Source of the DNA: Antedon mediterranea
Taxonomy: Eukaryota > Animalia > Echinodermata
DNA: 64,000 nt
Direction: 5' to 3'
Assembly: GCF_964355755.1 (NCBI RefSeq)
Contig: NC_092674.1
Location: 4,774,001-4,838,000 of the forward strand
A program made the position numbers and the translations under genes. Positions 21,801 to 33,800 of the stretch are shown one piece after another. The notes under the pieces were generated by a model. It saw only the letters and a list, made by a program, of their open reading frames with translations. It did not search any database and was not told the origin of the DNA. Numbering within the stretch: position 1 is the first letter of the stretch; the number at the start of each line of letters is the position of its first letter.

Positions 21801-24800
21801 TATCATTTCTTCATAATTTCCTCTTTCTGTTTGTATCTGGTAAAGCTTTCTCTACACTATCAAACTAGTTTGACAAAACATGTGTGATTATGTGCCCAAA
21901 TATGGTAGTGATATCCCCAAATAAAATATGGTACTGTAGTCATATGACATGGGCACTTCACATTTTTAAGTCACATAAAGATTGATAGTGTAGACGTAGT
22001 CTTTGAATTTGTTGGCAAAAAAAAAACATCGTGGCACGGTTGTTTTTGTTTAATATGGTTTAAACTTTATGTGATTTTGGGAGAGTTTCTGGTTTATCTG
22101 AATCCCGTATTTGGAGAGAGACAGTGTACACTGTAATGCAAGTTGGAGTTATATTATCTATTTAGCTGACAATTTATTGTAAAAGGTGGAATAGGAAAAG
22201 AGAGGACCTTCAACAGGATTTCACTTTTTTGATCTTTCCTTTATTACCTTGTGGCAAACCACACATTTTTTAAACATCATAGAATTCTTACTCCATCTAC
22301 AGTACTGTACCTCCATGCCATGGTTTTTAATTGACCATTGCCTATCATATGATGTTAATTAATTTTTAATTAATTAAATGAAACCTTACACTAATGATTA
22401 ATTTATCAGGTGTTGCGTTACACCTGTCGTCACACATACTGTCATGTTTAATTACCATAACATGGCTGTGGACCTTCCGTTTTGGGTTTCTTACAGGTAT
22501 GGTAGGAAATGATATTTGGTTAGAGGTCAATGATAACCTAAAATCTATTTCATGCCTAGCTTACCTGGATAAACCAACAATATCCATATTCTCCTCGAAG
22601 AGCGAGCTTTGTATTGTAGTGGTATTTAATGTAGCAAATTCAAGTCTATATATATATATAAATGCAATGCATTTCTGTAGAATTTTTCCTGCTAAGTATC
22701 AATCTGATAATGGCTCCAAGAGGTTATTAAAGAAGCAAACTCAACAACATTCAATCTTTAAGTTCAGTTACATATTACCGTTATTCTGTGTGCAATTAAA
22801 ATATGCAGTGATTACCGGTTATGTACAGTAACCAATGTTTTTAACTGTTTATTTTAGATAACCATTTAACCAAGTACTTTGAATATTGCCCTGTATCTAC
22901 TTACCAAGGATGTGAAGATTATTTATTTTATTGCAGCAGAAACTGCATCATACTGTAGCACAGTTGTATGTCCAAATTATCTACTATAGTTTACTGCAGT
23001 AAATTCATTGTTTACTGCAATAATCTTTTTTCGTTTCTAGGAGTGCTTGAGGCAATCACTGCAATACATAAACAGTGTGTAAACTGTATGATTACCCAAA
23101 AAATGCTTGATACATAAACATAAACATGTTAAAATAAAAATGTTGTTAATGCAGTAACTGCAGTAGGATAATTTGTACATAACCCCTTTATTCCTGTAGT
23201 ATTCCATGTGTTGCATATTGACCTGTAAAGGTCAATATTATCCAATACCAAGAAAGGAATAAGGACCATTCATCAACTACCATCATGTATTTAAAAATAG
23301 CATGCATATTAAATGTCAAAAGGCCACTGAATATCTTGTGATTAATTGTCCATGTGGTATTCCCAAAGGGTTATGGTGATATTGATTTTACATTATCTTC
23401 AGATGGAACTAACATCGATGGTGTCAAAGTTAAGCTTTTCAGTAATCTAACATGGAAATTGCGTAGATATAAAAGCTAATTCTGACAACTTGCTAAATAT
23501 TGAGAATTTGTTCTACAGTACAGTAGATAAAGAGGAAAAGAGCATTTATTAAGGTACCATGTCAAAAATATTATACTGGAGTTACTGCAGTAATTAAATT
23601 TAAAATAATAAAATAAATAGTAAATAAAATAAAAAGTTCTGCTTTTCTGGATAATGATACACACTGTTTATTGCCATGACTGCCGAGTCATATACTTGTA
23701 TTGAAATCAACTAAAGTCATACATTATTGCAATTAAAAAAACATTATCTCTAATACAGTAATATTTTAATAGTAAACAGAGAATAAACTATGACATTTGC
23801 CTCCTTCCCTTTAAATACAGAATGTCCATGGTAGTGATTCTTGGTTAGGGGTCAAGGGTTATAGGAGCGAACTGCGTAATTTAATGTAACAAAGTAGTAC
23901 ACAAAAATGTGACAAATGCAACATTATATTTTTGCCCTAAAATATTACAAATAGTAAAATAGAAAAGACTTTTTTAAATCTAGGTCTTTAAAAACCAGTA
24001 AAGCCTAATTTTGACCCTGGGCAATTTATTGTTAAACTTTACAATCTTCTTTTGTATGTTATTTTCATTATACATCACCTTGAATTTGTTTTTATTACTA
24101 CTGACAATGACATTGGTATTGTCGCTATTGACATTCCAACAGCTTGGGTGGGTGGTTGAATGCATGCGTATGGTATTGACTGCAAAAGACATGATACAAA
24201 AACAGAAAATTAGGATTGCAAAAACCTAAAAATGGGTACCTGGACATACAGTACAGTAACTGCTAACCATTATCGGGTTCAGAAATAGGGGTACTGACAA
24301 TTGTTTAAAATGTTTTTTTCCATAAGCATCCAACAGCGAGCACAAACTAGCCAATTACGGGATAGATAAACTATTTTATAATTTATCATGCTTATAAACT
24401 AAGTTTCATTTGAGGCTTAGGGAGTGGAGTTGGAAGTGTCGAGAGTTACAACCCTGACACTAGGTCAGGATTGAACTCTAGACCTTTGGATTGGAAGGCA
24501 AGCATCTAAACCACCAAGCTACAGTTTGGTTTTGCATTGATGTGCAGTAACTTTAGCCACATTATATACCTGTCTTAGACTAGATGTTATGTCCAAAATG
24601 GAAGGAGCTTTGTTGTTTTATGATAAGGTTAAGTGGTACAAAATGCTCAGTGGGTGTTAAAGTAGTTGCAAGATCTTCGGTCTTGAGCTTGCCGGAGGCC
24701 GTCCGGCGAAACACTTTAGATTGAGTGGTCAATGGGCGCTTTGAGACATCGAGGTTGATGGTCACACTCAGCTGCTTGTCGTTTTTCTTGACTGTCCGTC

Positions 24801-27800
24801 ATTTCCTGACTAAATCACAATTGTCTTTTGTTGTTGTGAACAATTGAATGGCAATGAAAAAATTCTGTTTATGTCCTTATATACAGTGGTGTACTGTTTA
24901 CTGTACAGAGGATTTGGTAATGGAGTTTATGCCTACACTGTAACATTGCCGATTAGCTCTTTTGTTATATTCTGAATAATTGACATTAACCTTGATTGGT
25001 GTATGTTTTATACATAAGTTCAATTAAATTTTCTTTTGAATTATTTAGTATTTTTCACTTTATTGTTTTCTTGTTTCGTTATACTCGGACTTATTTAGTA
25101 GTATGACAGTTTTATCAGTATGGAGATGCAGATTGTAATTCCTTGTAACTCCTATTAAGGGGACACCTACAGGACCCAAATGTGTCTCCTTAATATGATG
25201 TTCGCATTTACACAGTACTGTAGGTTTACAGTAGTGTTTAAAAACCATATTTGTACTTGCTCCTTTTACATGAAAGTGTCCCCTTAATAGAGGTGTCCCA
25301 AAGGAGGTGTTCTACTGTAGTGTAATGTTATTGTGATATTAGGAATAGCAATCGGCAGCTAAATTTGATTGTTTAAATTACATTAAAAAAAGACAATTAA
25401 AAAAATATTATATAAATATTGGAAAAAAGCATTGTTCACATTGAGAAGAGGGATGAAGTTTCTTTTGTATTTTATTATATGGACATGGATGAAGATCATG
25501 TGTTATGTGGACATGACTACTGTATTATCTTGACATGGATGAAGATCATGTGTTATGTGGACATGACTACTGTATTATCTTGACATGGATGAAGATCATG
25601 TGTTATATGGACATGACTACTGAAATATTATGACATGGATGAAGATCATGTGTTAGGTGGACATGACTACTGTATTATCTTGACATAGATGAAGATCATG
25701 TGTTATGTGGACATGGCTACTGTATTATCTGGACATGGATGAAGATTATGTGTTATGTGGACATGACTACTGTATTATCTGGACATAGATGAAGATCATG
25801 TGTTATGTGGACATGACTACTGTATTATCTGGACATGGATGAAGATCATGTGTTATGTGGACATGACTACTGTATTATATGGACATGGATGAAGATCATG
25901 TGTTATGTGGACATGACTACTGTATTATCTTGACATGGATGAAGATCATGTGTTATGTGGACATGACTACTGTATTATCTGGACATAGATGAAGATCATG
26001 TGTTATGTGGACATGACTACTGTATTATATGGACATAGATGAAGATCATGTGTTATGTGGACATAACTACTGTATTATATGGACATAGATGAAGATCATG
26101 TGTTATGTGGACATGACTACTGTATTATATGGACATGGATGAAGATCATGTGTTATGTGGACATGGCTACTGTATTATATGGACATGGATGAAGATCATG
26201 TGTTATGTGGACATGACTACTGTATTATATGGACATAGATGAAGATCATTTGTTATGTGGACATGACTACTGTATTATATGGACATGGATGAAGATCATG
26301 TGTTATGTGGACATGACTACTGTATTATCTGGACATGGATGGAGATCATGTGTTATGTGGACATGACTACTGTATCATCTGGACATAGATGAAGATCATG
26401 TGTTATGTGGACATGACTACTGTATTATCTGGACATACCTGTAGATGAAGATCATGTGTTATGTGGACATGACTACTGTATTATCTGGACATGGATGAAG
26501 ATCATGTGTTATGTGGACATGACTACTGTATTATATGGACATAGATGAAGATCATTTGTTATGTGGACATGACTACTGTATTATCTGGACATGGATGAAG
26601 ATCATGTGTTATGTGGACATGACTACTGTATTATCTTGATCTCTTTTTTATATAATAAGTATCCAGTTATATTCAGTTTCTCGACTTCACTCTTACACTG
26701 TAATATTATTATACATTTCTAGTTCTTTACTCCCAATGGATTACATAGGATCTATGAGCAATGAATGGGATTGTACATCCATAACCTTGTACAAATGTAG
26801 CCATTTCCCTATCTGTCATTGAAATATCCATCTAAATATGAAATATGATTCACAGTTACTGTAAATTGCCAATTGTCATGTCAACTACGAAGAGTGCATG
26901 GTGTAAAGTGGAACGTGTACAGTACCATTGTATTGTAATAAAGTAAAATCGTTGTATATGAATTATGATGCTGATAATTAAAAGGAAGGGCATTTTCCTA
27001 CAAATGTAGGGATTTGTCAACATATAGTAATTTCTTTATTGTGCCTTATCTACAGTACTGAAAACTGAAAAAAAAAATGTTCCTCTTAATACTTTTATAG
27101 CGTTAAAACGTATAGTTTTGAGTATTGATGTTGTGTGCCCTTAATCCTCCTCCTCTGGGTATCCTCTATACAGATGTACTGTACATAGTAAACGTACGGT
27201 ATAGATCGTGTGCCTTAATATTGGTGTTTGTTGAGAGGTTCTGCTACTGTATAAAAATAATGGAATGTGATCACAATTTACTATTTCAATTTAAAGTTTT
27301 ATATGCAACAGGTGACAAAACAAAATTTTGAATAGGAAACACATAGTTTTGTATTATCATTTTTTGCTAAACCATTTAAAATGCATAGCAATAAAGATGG
27401 TACAGTATTGCATAGAATTTCGCTATGTTAATGCACTGTCAAAAATGTTCCCTAAATGTCTACAAACTGCTGGCAGGGATGTGCATACACAAATCCCATT
27501 GTGTCATCTAAAATAATGTTTAATATGTGCAATATGATTTATGCCATTGACAACTAAAGTTTATGAGTTGATGTTGACGTTTTGCTATAAAATGTTCATT
27601 AATAAGGCCTTACTGTAAATGTTTATAATACCCACTGTATTCCTATTAAAGAAGACACTTCAACATTTCTTCATATTTCATGCTATAATTAAAAAGAATA
27701 ATTATTATTATCTATGCTTTAATTTTTTAATTTTCTGTTTTATTTACAGTATTGCATTAAAAAATATAGGTTTAAACCTAATAAGGCAGTGGGGACTGGA

Positions 27801-30800
27801 TTTAAAAGTTTCGCCTCAAATGTTAGATTTTGCTCAACAGTAAGTATTTTATACATTGCATAGCAAACAATAAGTTCATATCTTACAAATATGATAAAAA
27901 TGCCAGTGCTAGGGATATAGTTATTAGAAATGTGTGTCAAAAGTGTGGGATATAAATCAGTACCCAGAGATTTCATGGGTGGGTGCTATATTTAAATTAG
28001 GCTGGGCAGAAGACCAGAAATAACTTTCAAGGTGGGTGTCCCCGCCCACCACTGACAACACAATTATATCCATGCTGTGAGTTATCATTAGAAGAAATTA
28101 AATTTCTAATTAACAATTGTATTATTTTATTGTTTGCATTTCTTTTCAGTCCAATTGGTATGCCACACGTAGAATCTGTTACAATATATAATACTCACCC
28201 TGAAACTGTAGTGAAACTTACATCAATATCGGGAAGTACACCACATTTTCACTGTTCATTTTTTCGAGAAAAGGTAAAGTTCACAAAATTTTATTTGAAT
28301 AAGTGTGCTGTCATCTTAATAGAGGTACTGTATCTCCTGAATAGGGGTGTCCCCTGAATAGAGGTGTCCCCTGAATACATGTGTCCCCTGAATAGGGGTG
28401 TCCCCTGAATAGAGGTGTCCCCTGAATAGATGTGTCCCCTGAATAGATGTGTTCCCTGATCAGGGATGTCCCTTGAATTTTGTTATCCCCTGAATAGAGG
28501 TGTCCCTTGTAAAGTGGTGTCTCCATTTTATAGTAGTGTCTCCTTTTATAGTGCTGTCCCCTGAATAAAGGTTTCCCCTTAATACAGATCTCCCCTGAAC
28601 ATGGATGTCCCGTGAATAGTAGTGTCCCAAAGGAGAGGTTCTATAACATACAAAATGCTTTATATCATTGAACTATCAATGTTAGTTTTAAATGGTAAAA
28701 TTGATGTTTTTACAGGAGGTGGAACCAGGGGGGAATACAACATTTGATGTCGTTTTTTTAGCACGTATGGCAGGAAATGTAGAAAATACAATATTTATTC
28801 ATACAAATATGGGAATGTTTCCCTACCAAGTAAGTTTATTATGATTATTTATAATATTTGTATTATTATTACATCACCTTCCTTTCATTTTTTTTATCTA
28901 ATTGATAATTTACAATTAACATTGTATTTTAATCTATGTTTATATTGTTTATGATGAATATATACTTTTTTAATTAAATTCAATTATCACTACAGTATCG
29001 TTGTTGTCATCAACATTATTATCATTATGATAATTCACTTCACCTCCTTTCACATTGTCATTATCAATCATCATCATCTGCCTAACCAGTAACCTTTTCT
29101 GGAAACAATTGTGTGTGCGGTATGTATGTGAAAACATGAACACAGAGCATCTTTGACTTGTATGTTCACATAGTATATCAGTCGTTCCTACATCTTTCAA
29201 CGGTACCAATATCCCGTCGTCTGGAAGTCGTGGCGATCGGTCACATCCACAGTTGATTAACCGTTTCTGTTACCACCAGTTAGTATTTCTGTAACATCAG
29301 TCGGAATTTCTGTGAAACAAGTTTGGTGTAATGCACCTTTCAGCATTGTCCAATTTTGAAGGACACTGAAAAGACAAATTTTGCAATTTCACCCTGCTAA
29401 ACTTATGAGGATAAACTTTGTATTCCTAATGGATGATTGAACCAATAATTGACATCAAAAAACCTTTCCAAGTCGTCATTCTTCAGGAAATTAAGAAGCC
29501 ACTACTGTAAAGTGAGACGTTCTGTATATTTGTCGTCCCAATTAGTTTAGACAGAAAGGAAAACGTTAATATAATCTTGGAACTTGATTTTTCTTTTAAA
29601 GTGCAGATTAAATTGACTGAAAGTATCTAAGATTAGTTTGTGCCACACAGTAGCAGGGGAAATGTCCACCTGCGCTTTTTTGGACCAAAGCGAAAAGTTT
29701 AAGATTTTGTCTAGACACGCAGTCGTTGAAATTAAACGTGTTAAACACGCAGATTATTGTGTACGACAATTGACAGAATCCCGTTGAAAGATGGTTACTT
29801 GTACAGAACTGCAAATCTAATTTTAACAAATTTCATTGGGTAATTTTTTGGTTAGTAAGTTTAGAATAGTATCAAGGGGAAATATGTAATAGTAAAAGTA
29901 AAAGGAAAAGTTTAATATGAAGTAGCAATGCTTATTAACTTTATCCCCAATGGGTGATACAACAGCTTTAGTTAGGCCATGTTCTTGACAGGGATAACAT
30001 GCATTTGAACTTAGTATTATAGTATCTTCAATAAAGCTATTTATTAAGAATATTTTAGCAATAGCACAGCAGCTGTGGTTTAGATGGACATGGAAACTCT
30101 TTTTAAAAAACCTTAAGCCTTGTCTACACTATCAAACCTTGTGACAAAAAAATGTGATATGACCATATATGGACATGATGATGTCATACTGGGTTTACTG
30201 GGTTTACCATATTTATTCGAATAAATACGGTACTTATGGTTTTTGTGTAAAAACATATGTCGAAAATCCTTTAACTTTTACAGTATGTCTTTAGTTAAAT
30301 GTAAGTTCACTTTAGCAAATAGCAGCTGCGGTTTGGATGGACATGGTAACTCATTTTAAAAAACCTTAAACCTTGTCTACACTATCAAACCTTGTGACAA
30401 AAAAATGTGATATGACCATATGGACATGATGATGTCATATCACTACCATATTTGGGAATATCACTACCATATTTAGACACATCACGTTTTTTTTGTGAAA
30501 CTAGTTTGATAGTGTAGACAGAGCTTTAAAATTTCTGAAACAATGGCCTTAAAATGGAATAGGACCTGCTAAACAACATTTCTAAGCTAATAAATTGTGA
30601 ATCATTTTCCATATCAAATCGTTGCATATGTTTAATACTTAATAGGCCGTCCTTGTATTAAGATTAGGACCACTATCATACATTAATATTTAATCTTTTA
30701 ATATCAACATATAAAGGATAGCGCTGTACAGTAGGATAGGTCCTTGTAAGATAAGGCTCCTAAACATCCAATCAGATTTTAACATTTACAGGAGTAATTA

Positions 30801-33800
30801 TATTAAATTTGTACTATCTACACATGTATACTGTGTAAGGATTAAAACAATCTCCTAAAGTTACTAGAATGTGAAAAGGACTTTGGTTTTATTAATTTAT
30901 TTTTGTTACTAATTATATACATGTAGGTTTCCTATGTACCTTGAGCTTGAATTAAATGCTTTCAGCTAAACCTGATTCAAATGGCTTAAGCTTTTTCTAC
31001 ACTATAAAAAAAAGTGTGATGTGCCCAAATATGGTAGTGATATGCTTGAATATGGTAGTGATATGACATCATCATGTCCACATAAAGTTTGATAGTGTAC
31101 TGTAGATAGAGCTTTAGGCCATGTCCTTGTTTTGATTTGATGGTTTTTGTTATAAAAATATAACTTTGGCTACAGATGTTTAGTTGATCTTGGAATAATA
31201 TGTACAGTATCTTTAAAACGATTTAGGACCTGGTTATTTTGTCTATTACGTGCCTGCTTACCTGGATAAACCCGACAATAGCCCTTTTCCACGAAGTGCG
31301 AAACAAATACGAAAAGAAGAATTCTACCCAAATTCACCTCATTAAGAATGGTACAGTCCGCTCTAGAGCCCTCTCGTGGGACCACTCCCACGTGTTACTG
31401 TCATCATTTCTTTTCGTACTGTCACGAAGACAAGTCACGAAGTTTGAGAGCGTTGCAATACGTCACAAACGAGGGAGAAATACCAACCTTATCTACTTAT
31501 CTAATTTACTTGCAATATGTTAATGCGTTTAATGCAGTTCATCTAGTCACCAATATGCAATTTGCTGTTTTTGGTGACGAACCGCCTCGGTAAAATGTTT
31601 ACAACCATGTAGTAATAGTCCTGTTCAGGCATGGTTATTTAAACCCCAGGTAAGTCGGTTTTATAGGCCAATAATCGCCAACTTTGGCGGGTAGTTCATC
31701 AACTTCCCCGGGTAAAGAACAACAAGACAAGTCTAAGCCCAATGGCTTCAGGCACTTAAATTTTCAGGTAACTTGGCTCTGGACTTGGCAAAACTCATTA
31801 TTTTTGCAAACCCCAGGTTGAGATACACTAATTTATTGTATTGTGGAAAATCCAAAACATATTTTCCAAAAAGAAACCAACTGTAATTTCTATCAACAAC
31901 TAGAATTAGGTAATAGTAATAGCTAAACTAGAATTTCAGGAAACATTTGACTGGCATCACAATCGAATATAAACTATGACTACACACAGTTTATGAACGT
32001 TTTTAAAAAATCCATAGAATTCCAAGGACAATCATTTCTATAATTAGAACCGATGAAATGGTTAACAAATCACATGGCAAAACAAAACATCTAGAAAATA
32101 GATACAGTCAACTCCCCTAATATCGGACACTCTTTGGCTGGCCAAATATGTCCGGTTTTCCCAGAAAGTCTGGTATTCGGATTGTGTTTTTAATGGTAAA
32201 AAGGAATTGGGACATTTTTCTCCCCAAGAAAAGTCCGGATTTTCTGGTTTTGAGAGAGGAGTCTGGTATTGGGGGAGTTGACTGTAAATTTTGACAAGAC
32301 TACTATTAGTAACTATTTATCACACAAAGTTTTAGTATTTTGCTGAAGCTATACACATATTTTGATCATGTGTATATTTTGATCAATAAAATTAAAAATA
32401 GCAAATTAAATCATATCCACAAATTGCAGTGTATTTTCCCACCAACACTTTAGGCATGGCAATAGCTTAATGATATACTTAGCATGGGAACTTACTTAAC
32501 ATTGGAATCAATGAATTGTTTACCACTTACTAACTACTAAATGTTACTGTTATATAAATACAGCCAATGCAAAATTAATCATATGAATGCAAAATTATAG
32601 GATTGCTATAATATGTAGGTACATACAGTACAATACCCATAATATTAATAATGACTTTAATTGGCTTGGCTTAAAATTTTAATTAATATGCTAATGAGTA
32701 TGCTAATGAGCTTGCTTAGGTTTAATAATGCAAATAGTGTGTACCTGCAGAATATAGTATGGTGGTATGGCCAATTAATTTGAACAGAATTATGGAATTA
32801 CCAGCAAAAATAACTTGTCAATGTTTTTTAACTGTTTAAATAGATATTTATTGTTGTGAACCAACAATAAACACACAGATATCCATTAGGTTACTTTTTA
32901 GTGATGATTTGGAAGTATGGGAGACCATCCCTACCCTTCAAAGAATGGAGTGCGTTCTTTAACGTGCACTGTAGGATTAGCTTAGTACGGCTTAAACACT
33001 CGAAAAAACCAGCATACGCAAAGTAGCGATGAGAATTGAATTAGGTCCCAAAAAAAGAGACCCTTATATTCAGTGCATAGTGAGACCATGTTTAGACGAT
33101 TTTAATAAACTTGAATTTTACCATTACCGTTGATTATTTGGATATTGCTTTTGAGGATATCCTGATTTGTTGAGGTGATCCCTAATAGCAGAGGCCATAT
33201 TCTCATCATAACTATTGGTGACAGTATTGTGCTAATTCCTAGTGGGTGTGTACTTCAGGAAGTGTCAAAAGTGTAATCATCCTTTGTATTCCTTCCTTTC
33301 ATTGGCTGTCATACGTGCCATTGGACATCTATGTTATGACTATAATCATGGAGGTATAAAAATATCCTCCATGCTATAATATAGCTACATATAGATACAT
33401 TTCTGATTAAACTATACAGTACAATGTAATGCATCAACTATACTTTTACTGGTGATATAAATTCGAAAGCACACATATGAATGACTAAATTAGCTGAACA
33501 CAATAAAATGCATCATACACCATTTGTGTATGAGGTTATTAATAAATAAAAATGTGCTGGATTGAAATTCTATTGTGGCATTGTCTAAGCATGTAGCTTA
33601 CAGCAGGGAGATTAGACTTGCCCCAAGTCTGTATTGTTTTTTTTTTTATTTATTTGTTTTTATTTCGACCGCGATTTTTGTCTGAAAATACAGACTTGTG
33701 AAACACGTATAGAAATCGATTTGCAGACCGCAAATATCCGATAAGAATGACGTAGGTTATCATACCGTATTTGGCTATATGGGGCGGGCGGTATGTAAAT

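Noticed and set aside
22394-22831. 145-aa ORF
   Set aside because: Composition typical of AT-rich non-coding DNA, overlaps a dispersed repeat, no recognisable domain
24580-29366. Nested antisense protein-coding gene joining the 29.3-kb and 24.7-kb islands
   Set aside because: Poor acceptor at about 24810, multiple stops and no homology; islands reported separately as non-coding candidates
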